From Bdellovibrionales bacterium (GTDB taxonomy: Bacteria; Bdellovibrionota; Bdellovibrionia; Bdellovibrionales; UBA1609): DNA of 64,000 nt. A program made the translations under genes and the position numbers. The stretch is taken from contig CBDCMT010000001.1 in assembly GCA_965219095.1 (NCBI GenBank), positions 352,001 to 416,000 of the forward strand, in the 5' to 3' direction. This document shows, piece after piece, positions 49,799 through 61,080 of the stretch (the stretch's first letter is position 1; the number at the start of each line of letters is the position of its first letter). Below the pieces are notes generated by a model, which saw only the letters and a list, made by a program, of their open reading frames with translations, was not told the origin of the DNA and did no database searches.

Positions 49799-51445
49799 AT
49801 GCCTCAGAAAGTAAAAAAACAGATTCTTGTGACAGCAGGGCTTCCTTATGCAAACGGGCCCATTCACTTAGGGCATTTAGTTGAATATCTTCAAGCAGAC
49901 ATATGGTCAAGGTATCAAAGACTAAAAGGCCATGAGTGTCTTTATTTATGTGGTGATGATGCCCACGGAACCCCTATTATGCTTAAAGCACAACAACAAA
50001 ATATCACTCCAGAAAAATTAATTGCAAAGTATTATGAAAGACACATTGAAGATTTTACAGATTTTGAAATAGAATTCACTAATTTCTATACAACACATTC
50101 ACCCGAAAATAAAAGTTTTGTTTATCTTATTTATAAAAAATTAAAAGAAAAAAATCTTATTGAGGAAAAAAACATAAAACAGCTTTATTGTGATTATGAT
50201 AAAATATATTTACCAGATCGCTTTATAAAGGGAGGCTGTCCTTTTTGCAAAGCTGAAAATCAATACGGAGATAGTTGTGAGGTCTGTGGAGCTTTCTATT
50301 CTACCTTAGACATCAAAGAGCCTTTTTGTGTACTTTGTAACCGTCGCCCTAAAGTGAAAACATCAAAACATTTATTTTTTAAGCTCAGTCAATTTAAAGA
50401 TTTCTTAAAAGATTACGTCCCTAAACATACACAAGAGGAAGTTGCTAATAAACACAAAGAGTGGCTCAAAGACGATCTTAAAGATTGGGATATTTCAAGA
50501 GACAGTCCTTATTTTGGTTTTGAAATTCCAGAAGAAAAAGATAAGTTTTTTTATGTATGGTTAGACGCTCCTATAGGCTATATGGCCTCTTTAAAAAATT
50601 GGTGTGAGAAGAACAAGAAAAACTTTGAGGATTTTTGGTCTGAAAAAAGTGAAATTTACCATTTTATTGGACCTGATATTGCGTATTTTCATCTTCTGTT
50701 TTGGCCTTCTGTCCTAAAAGCCAGTGACCTCAAAACCCCCGACTATGTTTTTGTCCACGGCATGCTCACTGTAAACAAAGAAAAAATGAGTAAATCTAGA
50801 AACAACTTCATTACAGCACGAGCTTTTTTAAATCACATCAACCCTTTGTTCTTAAGGTACTATTATGCTTCTAAACTCAACGGAACTTGTGAAAATTTAG
50901 ATTTTAATTCCCAAGATTTTATTCTAAAAATTAATTCTGAATTCATAGGAAAAATCACCAACCTAGCTTCCAGAAGTGCTAAAATGCTTAACAAAAAACT
51001 AGACAGTCTTTTAAGCGATAAACTTTCTTTAGAAGGAGAAAAGCTTTTTAAAGCCTGTCAACTGTCTATAGATACTTTAGCCACATGTTATGAAAAAAGA
51101 GAGTTCTCAAAGGTGATTCGCAAACTAAGAGTTCTTGCGGAAGAAGCTAATCGTCATTTCGATCACACAAGCCCATGGATTACCATTAAAGAAGATCCTG
51201 AAAGAGCACGTCAGAACATTACAGACATTCTTAACGTCTTTTACTTCCTTGTCTTAAGCTTAAAACCCATTCTTCCCAGTTATGCTAAAAAAGTAGAAGC
51301 TCTTTTTAATGAAAAAGATAGTCATTGGGATGATCTATCAAAACCACATCTTTCTTGTAAAATAAATAACTTTGAACATCTAGTAAAACCCATTGATAAA
51401 AAGCAATTAGAATTAGTTTTTAAGGAAAGCCATTCAACTTTATAA
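49799..51445 (+). CDS. metG: Methionine-tRNA ligase (short form, no C-terminal tRNA-binding domain)
   Basis: PYANGPIHLGH, zinc knuckles, YVWLDAPIGY, KMSKS. Confidence 0.96.
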   Translation: MPQKVKKQILVTAGLPYANGPIHLGHLVEYLQADIWSRYQRLKGHECLYLCGDDAHGTPIMLKAQQQNITPEKLIAKYYERHIEDFTDFEIEFTNFYTTHSPENKSFVYLIYKKLKEKNLIEEKNIKQLYCDYDKIYLPDRFIKGGCPFCKAENQYGDSCEVCGAFYSTLDIKEPFCVLCNRRPKVKTSKHLFFKLSQFKDFLKDYVPKHTQEEVANKHKEWLKDDLKDWDISRDSPYFGFEIPEEKDKFFYVWLDAPIGYMASLKNWCEKNKKNFEDFWSEKSEIYHFIGPDIAYFHLLFWPSVLKASDLKTPDYVFVHGMLTVNKEKMSKSRNNFITARAFLNHINPLFLRYYYASKLNGTCENLDFNSQDFILKINSEFIGKITNLASRSAKMLNKKLDSLLSDKLSLEGEKLFKACQLSIDTLATCYEKREFSKVIRKLRVLAEEANRHFDHTSPWITIKEDPERARQNITDILNVFYFLVLSLKPILPSYAKKVEALFNEKDSHWDDLSKPHLSCKINNFEHLVKPIDKKQLELVFKESHSTL

Positions 51446-51492
51446 TGGTTGAACCTATCAAACTTTACAGGTTCGCTTCACACCAAATCATC

Positions 51493-52155
51493 TCAAAGTT
51501 CCTCTTCATACTGAGTCAGGATATCTTCATAACGAAAGCGCAGAGCCTCAACTCTTGAACTTTCAAAGAAAGAAGCTCCCTTAAAAAAAATCTTTAACAA
51601 GGAAGAAATATCAAAATTAAGTTCACCTAGATCCTGATAATCTCTTTCGACTTCCTTGAGTTCATCTAAAGTTTTTTCCATTTTACCAAAAATTTTATCT
51701 TTATCATAAGAAGCCTTAGATAGATCCTCTCTATAAATAGCTTTAAAATGAGGTGATTTAACTTTAATTTCTAATTGTAATTTTTTTTCTTTATGCATAA
51801 AAAGATCTTCTTCTAAGAGCGTAAGCTTATCATGTATTTGATTGATCTTCTTTTTATTCGTACTAAAAAATAAAGAAGATAAAACACTTACCTGCGAAGG
51901 TGCTCTTAAAGAATCCACCATTTGCTTAATATCCTTAACTTGAGATTGAATACTTTTAGATAAATTGTTAACTTCTGCGATCTTGTCATCTACTGAGCTT
52001 CTTAGTGCCTCTGTCTCTTCATCATCAAATTTTTGACATCCTGTAGAGAGAGAAAAAAACAGTGTTATAAGTGTTATAAGAAAAAAATCCTTACAGATCC
52101 CTTTATTCATCATTCCTTTCCTCTTCATCTTCTTCAAAGATATCTTGTATTTCAT
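51493..52155 (-). CDS. Putative helical lipoprotein
   Basis: Lipobox LSTGC; true start probably one of the internal ATGs near 52110. Confidence 0.6.
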   Translation of the reverse strand: MKYKISLKKMKRKGMMNKGICKDFFLITLITLFFSLSTGCQKFDDEETEALRSSVDDKIAEVNNLSKSIQSQVKDIKQMVDSLRAPSQVSVLSSLFFSTNKKKINQIHDKLTLLEEDLFMHKEKKLQLEIKVKSPHFKAIYREDLSKASYDKDKIFGKMEKTLDELKEVERDYQDLGELNFDISSLLKIFFKGASFFESSRVEALRFRYEDILTQYEEEL

Positions 52156-52768
52156 CTACAATTTGAGAATAATAATCAATTGCCTTTTCTCTATAATTGT
52201 TTACAAAAATAAGAGCTACAAGTTCCAAAGGTTTATAAATCTCTAGTTTATCTGTCACTTTATTGAAAGCTTTATCAATTTTATCAACTTGTGATGCTAG
52301 AGCAAAACTTTCTTTTTTCAGTTTAGCTTTATAGATTCTTATTTTATCGTAGAGATCTTTATAATACTTATAAGCCACTTCTGCTGCAGCACCCTGCCCT
52401 TCTAATTTATCCATATGTTGTTTCATAACTTCTTCTAAAGCATCTAGTTCGTTATAAACATCCCTTAAAAGGACAACCTGCACTTTTAAAAAATTATCGA
52501 GCAGTCCAAAAAGACCTTTGTATTGACCCTTTTTAAGAATTTCACTTGCTCGATTTGCAATAGAATAGGGATTAAGGGCTAAAACAATCCTATCAAATAT
52601 ATCAAGAAGATCATCCGCTTTCCCCGCCACTTCAGTCACTCTTTCTTTGTTTTCAAGGGACGAAAAATCATCAGTCAGTTCAAAACCTTGACATCCTAAA
52701 AAGGTCACAGCTGAAAAGAGTATGAAGATAAGTAAACTTTTCTTGGCTTTTTTCTGTTTAATCATCAA
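52103..52768 (-). CDS. Putative helical lipoprotein
   Basis: Lipobox FLGC; tandem with the downstream lipoprotein. Confidence 0.65.
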   Translation of the reverse strand: MMIKQKKAKKSLLIFILFSAVTFLGCQGFELTDDFSSLENKERVTEVAGKADDLLDIFDRIVLALNPYSIANRASEILKKGQYKGLFGLLDNFLKVQVVLLRDVYNELDALEEVMKQHMDKLEGQGAAAEVAYKYYKDLYDKIRIYKAKLKKESFALASQVDKIDKAFNKVTDKLEIYKPLELVALIFVNNYREKAIDYYSQIVDEIQDIFEEDEEERNDE

Positions 52769-53038
52769 TCTTTTTCCTTCTTAAACTTTATTGTAGCAAC
52801 ATCTATGTCAATTCTTTTCGGCTTTCTTTTCAAAAAAGTTTAGAAAAATATCAATTTTTTAAAACTGTTTAAAAATTAGACAAATTTTTCATGTTTTAAT
52901 ATAAACATGATCGTGTAAAAATTGCTTTAAAAAGCTTTTTTATAAAATTTCTTATCCATAAAGACTTTTATTTTCAAAAAAAGATAGACTTTTGTAGAGG
53001 AAAAAAATAAGCTTTTTAATAAAATTATGGAAAAATGT

Positions 53039-54046
53039 TTAAACTTTAAACACTTCCTCTTTTATAAAAAAGAAAACTGGCAAAAGGGCTAAATAAAACA
53101 AGGCACCTAGAAATCCTAAAAAACTATAACCTATAGGATTGATAAAAAGCCATGAAAAATAAATTCTATAAGTTTTACTCAAAGGACAAAGAGTCTTAAA
53201 GAAGATAACGTCAAAGACAAAAAACACCTGCCACACATGGGAGGATAAAACCCGTCCTAAAGAATAGATATTGTGAGGTTTTAAAAACAGAATATTAAAA
53301 TGAGACAAAACAGGTTTGATTTTAAAAGTTGATGCTTGCAGGTCAGAATAGAAAACTGAACTCAAAAAATCATACTTTTTGAGGCACAAAGCTAAAACTA
53401 AAAGTTGCATAAGAACATAAGTTTTAAACTCCCCTAACCGCTCAAAACGTCTAGCTGAAGTAATGAGAGGATCTCTAAATAAAATCCAAGAAAAACCTTT
53501 CAAACTTTCCATTTTTTGAGCTAAAAGAACGTCCTCTAAGAACTCAAAGCTTTCATCAAAAAATTCTAGATTTTCGAAAAACTCCTTCTCTATCCATAAA
53601 CCCTGATCTCCATGTACTGTGGAGGGAAAATTCAAATGTGTTTTTTTTTCTAAATAATAATAAAAAAAAGAAACCAATCCTTTCTTAATTTTTGAAGTAT
53701 GAAAATTAAGATAAAAATGTCCTGCTTTATATTTTGCAGAAGATTGAACAAACGTATCATAAGCTTTTTTCAATTGATAAGGACAAGATAACCTTGAATC
53801 AGCATGAAGAAATAAAAGATAAGGAGCTTTAGCTTTTTTTGCACCTTGATTCATTTGCAAAGCTCTTCCTTTAGAACTGGACAAATAACTCACATTTTCT
53901 TTCTTATAAGTTTCAAATCTCTCTTCTGCCTTCACTACTATGACTTCAAAGAAAACGTCCTTTTGGAGCTTTATATCTTTTAAGAGATTTTTAACATGTT
54001 CGTCATCTTTGTAAGAAGCTATCACGACAGAAACTAAAGGTTTCAT
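53039..54046 (-). CDS. Glycosyltransferase family 2 (TIGR04283-like)
   Basis: GRALQMNQGA, FLHADS, GDQG, LEDV, TSARRF. Confidence 0.85.
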   Translation of the reverse strand: MKPLVSVVIASYKDDEHVKNLLKDIKLQKDVFFEVIVVKAEERFETYKKENVSYLSSSKGRALQMNQGAKKAKAPYLLFLHADSRLSCPYQLKKAYDTFVQSSAKYKAGHFYLNFHTSKIKKGLVSFFYYYLEKKTHLNFPSTVHGDQGLWIEKEFFENLEFFDESFEFLEDVLLAQKMESLKGFSWILFRDPLITSARRFERLGEFKTYVLMQLLVLALCLKKYDFLSSVFYSDLQASTFKIKPVLSHFNILFLKPHNIYSLGRVLSSHVWQVFFVFDVIFFKTLCPLSKTYRIYFSWLFINPIGYSFLGFLGALFYLALLPVFFFIKEEVFKV

Positions 54047-54049
54047 TTT

Positions 54050-54889
54050 TTAGTTTGAAATATAAGTTTTTAAACCCTCTTCAAAAAAAGAGTAGGTCTG
54101 ATTTTGAAGATCTTTGCTATGACCTAAACAGGGATTAAACTCAGACAAATCCATGGACACAAGCTCTTTTCTTTTTTTTAAAAATTTCATAAGTTCTTGT
54201 ATATCCTTTAAATCAAAGCCCTCTTTCACAGGAGTGCCTGTAGCAGGAGCTAGTTTAGGGTTCACAACATCAATATCAAAGCTCAAATGAAGAGGGGTTT
54301 TATCTTTGTTCACAAGTTCTAAGACAGGCTGAAGGGTCTCAATAAGTCCTCTTTGTTTTACAGTTTTATAAGACAGCCAGTGAATATTTTTTGTTTTTAA
54401 AAAAACTCTTTCTTCTTTATCAAGATTGCGGATTCCTAACAAAATGACTTCAGAAGGAGACAAATAAGGCCCTTGAAACCAGAAAAAATGGTGAGAATAA
54501 GTTTTGTGAGGCTTAAATAAACCTAAAAGACCGGCAAGAGGCATGCCATGAAGATTTCCTGAAAGAGAAGTTTCCGGAGTGTTGATATCGCCATGGGCAT
54601 CCAACCATAGAACACATCTTTTAGAATGAGTCTGAGAAAAAGCACTGATAGTAGAAAGGCTTATACTATGATCCCCTCCTAAAAATACACACAAACTGTA
54701 GCTTCGCAAAACTTCTAAAGCTGTTTTATAAAGTTCGTGATAGCTTTGGGTTTTCATTCTTATAAGATCACAATTTTCAAAAAGCTTATGAAACTGTTTT
54801 TCGTAAAAAAATTGAGGGGCTTTTTCTACTCCCCCTTTTTTTTGTCCATAACCAATCGGTGCCTCTACAATAGCAACAGTCTTTTTCAA
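54050..54889 (-). CDS. Arginase
   Basis: GGDHS, DAHGDINT, SGNLHGMP, SFDIDV..P..APATGTPV. Confidence 0.9.
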   Translation of the reverse strand: MKKTVAIVEAPIGYGQKKGGVEKAPQFFYEKQFHKLFENCDLIRMKTQSYHELYKTALEVLRSYSLCVFLGGDHSISLSTISAFSQTHSKRCVLWLDAHGDINTPETSLSGNLHGMPLAGLLGLFKPHKTYSHHFFWFQGPYLSPSEVILLGIRNLDKEERVFLKTKNIHWLSYKTVKQRGLIETLQPVLELVNKDKTPLHLSFDIDVVNPKLAPATGTPVKEGFDLKDIQELMKFLKKRKELVSMDLSEFNPCLGHSKDLQNQTYSFFEEGLKTYISN

Positions 54890-54936
54890 AATATCTTTCC
54901 TTCTATTTCACTTATAATTATAGTCCTTACCTTTGG

Positions 54937-56169
54937 TTACACTAAATTTATGGATTTGATACGTTCTTGAAGGCCTTGATCTAAAGCTTTTAAGAAATCT
55001 TCTGTACACATATAGTGTTCTTCTCGTAACTTGCTCCCATGAAGGCATAAAGCCAAATCCTTTGTCATCCTTCCACTCTCTATGACTTCAACACAAACTC
55101 TTTCTAACAATTGAGAGAATTTCAACACATCAGGTGTTTCATCAAGGTGAGCTCTAAAATTAAGCCCCCTTGTCCATGCAAAAATAGAAGCTACGGGGTT
55201 TGTTGATGTTTGATGCCCTTTTTGATGTTGTCGAAAATGACGAGTTACCGTACCATGAGCGGCTTCAGATTCAATGGTTTTTCCATCAGGGGTCATGAGA
55301 ACAGAAGTCATAAGCCCTAAAGATCCAAAACCTTGTGCCACAATATCAGATTGAACATCCCCATCATAATTTTTACAAGCCCAAACAAAGCCCCCTGACC
55401 ACTTTAAAACACAAGCCACCATATCATCAATCAAACGATGCTCATAAGACAAATTATTTTTTTCAAATAATTCTTTAAATTCTTGTTCATAAACTTGTTG
55501 AAAGATACCTCGGAAACGACCATCGTATTTTTTTAAAATCGTGTCTTTTGTGGAAAAATAAAGAGGATATTTTTTTAACAAAGCCATCTTAAAACAGCTT
55601 CTTGCAAAACCATAAATGGATTCATCGGTATTGTACATACTCAAAGCCACCCCATCTCCTTGAAAGTCAAATACCTCATAAGTTTCTCTTTCACCTGTTT
55701 GGCTTTCAAAGATGAGTTTTAACTTTCCTTTGCCTTTGACTTGAATATCAGTGGCTTTGTATTGATCGGCAAAAGCATGACGTCCTACACAGATGGGTTT
55801 TAACCAATGGGGTACAAGTCGAGGAATGTTCTTACACAAAATAGGTTCTCTGAAAACTGTTCCCCCTAAAATGTTACGAATTGTACCATTAGGCGAAGGG
55901 TACATTCTTTTCAGATCAAATTCCTTCACACGACCTTTGTCAGGGGTGATGGTAGCACATTTAATTCCTACACCATACTCTTTAATAGCATAGGCGGCTT
56001 CAGAGGTGACTTTGTCATTCGTAGCATCTCTATGAGACAAACCAAGATCATAATATTTAATGTCAAGATCCAAGTAAGGTAAAATCAACTTTTCTTTAAT
56101 AAAAGTCCAGATGATACGAGTCATCTCATCGCCATCAAGCTCCACAACAGAGTTTTTCACTTTAATCAT
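54937..56169 (-). CDS. icd: NADP-dependent isocitrate dehydrogenase (eukaryote-like subfamily)
   Basis: [48 protein letters not shown]. Confidence 0.96.
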   Translation of the reverse strand: MIKVKNSVVELDGDEMTRIIWTFIKEKLILPYLDLDIKYYDLGLSHRDATNDKVTSEAAYAIKEYGVGIKCATITPDKGRVKEFDLKRMYPSPNGTIRNILGGTVFREPILCKNIPRLVPHWLKPICVGRHAFADQYKATDIQVKGKGKLKLIFESQTGERETYEVFDFQGDGVALSMYNTDESIYGFARSCFKMALLKKYPLYFSTKDTILKKYDGRFRGIFQQVYEQEFKELFEKNNLSYEHRLIDDMVACVLKWSGGFVWACKNYDGDVQSDIVAQGFGSLGLMTSVLMTPDGKTIESEAAHGTVTRHFRQHQKGHQTSTNPVASIFAWTRGLNFRAHLDETPDVLKFSQLLERVCVEVIESGRMTKDLALCLHGSKLREEHYMCTEDFLKALDQGLQERIKSINLV

Positions 56170-56236
56170 ACTTACTTCTCCTCTATATTTTATAACTTTC
56201 TTGAACTATAAAGCTAACTAGGCTAAAAGTAAACTT

Positions 56237-57868
56237 ATGATAAAAAAATTCATTCCCTCAGATCACCAAAGCCCCCTAGATTTAAACTCTCTCATTGTAC
56301 CCAAACCTCAGGGTGAGGAGGATGTTGTTAAAATTGATGTGCTGTTTGTAGGAGGAGGCCCTAGTGGTCTAGCCTCAGCTATCAAATTAGCTCAACAAAT
56401 AAGAGAAGACTCAGAACTAAAGGACTTAGAAATTGCTGTTTTAGATAAAGCCGGATCTTTTGGAGAGCACAGCCTCTCAGGAGCCGTACTTAACCCCATG
56501 GCTTTTTATGAACTTTTTGGAAAAGATCAAACTTTCCCCTTTAAAGGACAGGTAAAAAAGGAAAAGGTTTATTTTCTCACAAAGAAAAAAGCCTTTCCCA
56601 TCCCCACACCACCTCCTATGCATAACAAAGGCTTTTTTCTAGCTTCCCTTTCTGAATGTGTACGATGGATGTCTCAAAAAGCAGAAAATTTAGGCATTCA
56701 TCTTTTTAATAACTTTCCTGCAGAAAGCCTTCTTATAGAAAAAGGTGAAATTGTAGGTGTTAAAACCACAGCCTCAGGACTGAATAAAAAAGGAGAGCCT
56801 ACAGCTCAGCACACACCTTCCACCTACATTACAAGCAAAATCACTGTATTAGCCGAAGGAAGCCGAGGTCTTCTCACGCAAGGTTACAGAGCGTGGCAAA
56901 ATATCACCTCCCCCTGCCCCCAAGTTTATGCTTTAGGGGTTAAAGAGATTTGGCGTACAAAAGACACACTCCCCTTTGTGGCACACACTTTAGGCCACCC
57001 TCTTTCTACAGAAAATTTTGGGGGAAGCTTCATGTACCCCATGGGAGAGAACATGCTGGCCTTAGGCCTTGTAGCAGGCTTAGACCATTCCAAAGGCTCA
57101 CAAGACATTCACTTTCTTCTGCAAAAAATGAAACAACATCCTTTTTTCCAAAAATACCTTAAAGGAGGAGAACCCGTAGAATGGGGGGCAAAAACCATTC
57201 CTGAAGGAGGTTACCAGTCTTTACCTTCTCGATTTTCTGGTAAAAAAGTCCTTATGATTGGCGACTGCGTGGGTTTAGTCAATGTTCCCAGTCTCAAAGG
57301 TATCCACTATTCTATGATGTCAGGAATTTATGCTGCTGAAACTCTCTATCAAGCTTTTAAAGAAAAAGACCTCTCAGATACAAAATTAAAAACTTATGAT
57401 GAAACATTAAAAAAGAGCTTTATTTTTAAAGACCTTTATAAAGTACGTAACATGAAACCTAGTTTTAAAGGAGGACTTTTCAAAGGCACTCTCAAGGCAG
57501 GTTTTCATTTTCTTTCAAAAGGAAAACTAGGAGGAAATCTCAAGTTTAAAGCTGATAGCGAAGTACCTCGTTTTTTACAAATCACAGAAACTCTCCCCCC
57601 TTTAGGTTTTAGTAAAGTCAACGCTGTCTATCTTTCCGGAAATAAAACAAGAGATGACATTCCTTCACATTTAAAAATAGGAAAAAACATAAATAAAGAA
57701 GTGGCTGAGTTTTATACCAGACTTTGTCCTGCAGGAGTTTATGAAAGAAACGGAGACAACTTGATTGTGAACGCACCTAACTGTGTTGACTGTAAGGCCA
57801 CTGATGTTTTAGGCCCTCGTTGGAAACCTCGTGAAGGAGGTAGTGGCCCCCATTATAAAAATATGTGA
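56237..57868 (+). CDS. Electron transfer flavoprotein-ubiquinone oxidoreductase
   Basis: GGGPSG FAD motif, HSLSGA, GAKTIPEGG, KGIH, CPAGVYE...NCVDCK. Confidence 0.9.
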   Translation: MIKKFIPSDHQSPLDLNSLIVPKPQGEEDVVKIDVLFVGGGPSGLASAIKLAQQIREDSELKDLEIAVLDKAGSFGEHSLSGAVLNPMAFYELFGKDQTFPFKGQVKKEKVYFLTKKKAFPIPTPPPMHNKGFFLASLSECVRWMSQKAENLGIHLFNNFPAESLLIEKGEIVGVKTTASGLNKKGEPTAQHTPSTYITSKITVLAEGSRGLLTQGYRAWQNITSPCPQVYALGVKEIWRTKDTLPFVAHTLGHPLSTENFGGSFMYPMGENMLALGLVAGLDHSKGSQDIHFLLQKMKQHPFFQKYLKGGEPVEWGAKTIPEGGYQSLPSRFSGKKVLMIGDCVGLVNVPSLKGIHYSMMSGIYAAETLYQAFKEKDLSDTKLKTYDETLKKSFIFKDLYKVRNMKPSFKGGLFKGTLKAGFHFLSKGKLGGNLKFKADSEVPRFLQITETLPPLGFSKVNAVYLSGNKTRDDIPSHLKIGKNINKEVAEFYTRLCPAGVYERNGDNLIVNAPNCVDCKATDVLGPRWKPREGGSGPHYKNM

Positions 57869-57918
57869 ATTATTTTTTGTGTTATTCAATAAGTCCTGTG
57901 ATTTTAAAATATACTCAT

Positions 57919-58180
57919 ATGAACGTGTATTTAAATTACGCTAAAAGACACTGGATGAGAAAAGGTGAAAATCCTTCGGTAGGATTGATATTAAGACGAT
58001 GTTCTTGTTCAATATGTTCTTGAAGGAATGTCGAGTAAAATTTTAACAGCTAAGTATACAAAAAAGCTTCCAAGTGTAAGACTCATTACTCAGGAAGTTA
58101 AGAAAACAAAAAGGATTTTTGAAAATAGAAAAAGATTTAAAAAGAAAGGGAAATACTCACTAAAAGGAAGAAAAAAATGA
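57919..58180 (+). pseudogene. YhcG/DUF1016 (PD-(D/E)XK) C-terminal fragment
   Basis: MNVYLNYAKRHWMRKGENPSVGLIL, then a frameshift to DDVLVQYVLEGMSSKILTAKYTKKLPS. Confidence 0.7.
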
Positions 58181-60054
58181 GAAAAAAGAAAGTCCTCTCC
58201 CTAGAGAGAAGTATAAAGTGCAGATTACTAGTGTTCTGACCAGTAATTTTTTTCACAATTTTCAAGCCTTTAATCCAGGTCATTTTATTTATTTTTTTTT
58301 TATGTTTTAATACTCATATGTTAAATTTATTAAAGCCAAAAGATAAGAGAGAAATTCTTAAAATTATAAAGAAGTCTAAAAATCCAAGAGCCATATATCG
58401 AGCCAATGTTCTAAACTTAAGGAACAAAAATTTAACTGCCATAGAGACAGCAGATTACTTAGAGATAACTCCTAGAACTGTTTTCAACATCCAAAAAAAC
58501 TATGAGAATTCTGGGCTGAAAAAAGCTCTTGAAGATGATCCTCGTCCTGGAAAGCCTCCAAAGTTTGATGATCGCATAAAGTCAAAGATTATAGCTATGG
58601 TTTGCTCAGATCCTCCGGAGGGCTTTGATCGATGGACTTTAGAACTCATTAAAGAGAGGGCAGAGAAAAACAAGATTGTAGACTCTATTAGCAAAGAAAA
58701 AGTTAGGATTATTCTTTTAGAACATGATCTAAAACCTTGGCAACAGAAGAGTTGGTGTGTACCGGAGCTTAATGATGAATTTATAGAGAGGATGGAGGAT
58801 GTTTTGAAAGTGTATGAGAAGCCTCCGATTAAAGGAAAGCCTGTTGTGTGTATTGATGAAAAGCCTCTTCAGTTACTTGATGATGTTCGTCCTCCATCGG
58901 GTTGTCGTCCCTCGGAAGTAAAAAAAGTAGATTATGAGTATAAAAGAGAGGGTACAGCAAATGTTTTCTGTGCTGTGGAGCCTAAGAGAGGTTTTTATAT
59001 GAATAAGGTAACAGAGAGAAGGACAGGTCCGGATTTTGCTAAGTTTTTATCTTCTGTTGAGAGACATTATTCTGATTCCAAGAAGATTGTTCTAGTTATG
59101 GATAATTTGAACACTCATAGAAAAAAAAGTCTTACTGATTTTTATGGAACAGAGCGAGGTTTGCATCTATGGTCTCGCTTTGAGGTTCATTATACTCCGA
59201 GTCATGGAAGTTGGTTAAATCAAGCAGAAATTGCAATCAATATGTACTCTCGTCAATGTTTAGGAAAATCAAGAATACCTGACATAGAAACTTTAAGAAA
59301 AAGAACCAAGGCTTGGGTGAATATTATGAACAGACGGAAGATTATAATAAAATGGAATTTTTCAAGAAAATCAGCCAGAGAAAAGTTCCATTATAAAAAA
59401 TGAGACGAGCCTGTAAGAGCCTGTAAGAGCCTGTAAACTAAATTGTATATAAACATTAGAAAATCATATCTTTCCAATGAATTTGATACACTCTTTACCC
59501 ATACTTAAAAGTTATAAATTTCTAGAAGTAAAAATCCAAACTTATACATGAAAATGTAGAATTAACTTTTGGAATTGGTATAACTCTAAACATTTCACTT
59601 TTATTCTTTTGAGGAGGCAAAATAATTTAATAAAATGACCTGGATTAAAGGCTTGAAAATTGTGAAAAAATTTACTGGTCAGAACACTAGACATCTAAAA
59701 AAAAAATCTTAACAGAACTTCACGTTCCATAAACAATGAGAAAATAATAATAAAAAACCTTCATAGAGTTCAAAGAATAGACTTATTAAATAACGAAAGG
59801 ATTTTTTTAGAAAAAAAGTATGATGCTTTATCTTATTTTTTTACATCCGGAAGAGATATAAATCCTGAAAAGATATTGCCTCAGTTAGAATTAATCGAAG
59901 CAAATTCATGGCAATCGGATGTATTTCGCATCGCAGGACTTACTTGGAGTGTCCCCGTATCTAGAGACTATGAAAGAAGAATGCGATTTATTGTATGGGA
60001 TAATTTTAATGACAAAAAATGGATATTATAGATCTTGGTGATCCTGTATTCAAC
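58177..60054 (+). pseudogene. druA: Druantia DruA (DUF4338) pseudogene, split by an IS630 element and truncated by another
   Basis: MRKKKVLSLERSIKCRL | RHLKK...IKNLHRVQR...SGRDINPEKILPQLELIEANSWQSDVFRIAGLTWSVPVSRDYERRMRFIVWD...DLGDPVFN, with frameshifts. Confidence 0.75.
58228..59690 (+). mobile_element. IS630-family element (family C) with 62-bp inverted ends, inserted at CTAG
   Basis: CTAGTGTTCTGACCAGTAA...GGTCATTTTATT at both ends (1 mismatch); transposase 58318..59403 (CIDEKP, VMDNLNTH, SWLNQAE). Confidence 0.9.
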
Positions 60055-61080
60055 TCAAAAAAAGAGCGAAAAGATTTACTCTGTGAACTATCTCTAGAGA
60101 AAAATCTTAAATACGCAAAAAGGATTATGACAATTCTCCATTTAGATAAAGGTAAGTTGTGTAAAGATATTGCCTGCTTTCTTTTCATTGATGAGGGCAC
60201 GATAAGAGCCTGTAGAGATCGTTATAACAAAGGCGGGATAGAGTACTTAATCAACGACAATTACAACCCTAAAAGGTCCTTTTTAACTAAGAAAGAGGAG
60301 AAAATGCTTTTAAAGGAATTAGAGAAAAGAATTTTTCCATCATCACAGGCCCTTATTCAGTTCATTGAGGAGAATTTTGGTGTTACGTACTTTAACAAGT
60401 GGTGTAATTGATCTTCTCCATCGCCTTGGTTTTTCTTATAAAAAAGCCACAGCGATACCGGGTAAGGTAAAGAAAGAAGAGCAGAAAAAGTTTGTGCGTA
60501 AATACAAGAGAATTAAGAAGAAAGACGGTCCTGTTTACTTTGCTGATTCCACACATCCTGAGTGGGGCCCTACGATTTCATATGGTTGGATAAGAGAGGG
60601 TAAGAAGTTTGAAGTGAAGACCAATTCAGGCTGGAGAAAAAGAGTGAATGTTTGTGGAGCTATTGAGATCAATAGTTTGAAAAAGGTAGTCAGGAGTTAT
60701 AAGACAGTTAACGAAGTTTTTCTATGTGATATGCTCTATCATATTCATTAAGAAGTATTCCGATGAAAAAGAGATTTATCTTATCTTAGATGGGGCCGGA
60801 TACAATAGATCGAAGTCTGTCAAGAAGTTAGCGAAAGAGTTGAATATAAAACTTGTTTATCTTCCTCCGTACTCACCGAATTTAAATCCTATAGAAAGGC
60901 TTTGGAAGTTTATGAAAAAAGAGGTCACGGCGAATCGATATTATGAAAACTATGACGATTTCAAGGGAAGTTTAAGTCAATTTTTTAGAGGAATACGAAA
61001 ACACAGATCTAAATTAGAAACTTTGATAACTGATAACTTCTCTATCTTAGGAAACTGAAAACCTAAGCGGAAGCACTATA
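60055..61080 (+). mobile_element. IS630-A copy 3, left end lost, frameshifted
   Basis: Near-identical to 18995-20020 (inverted); right TIR ends at 61080. Confidence 0.9.

Noticed and set aside
60019..60411. Novel N-terminal extension on an IS630 transposase (MDIIDLGDPVFN)
   Set aside because: Chance in-frame fusion of the druA remnant to a 5'-deleted IS630-A copy.
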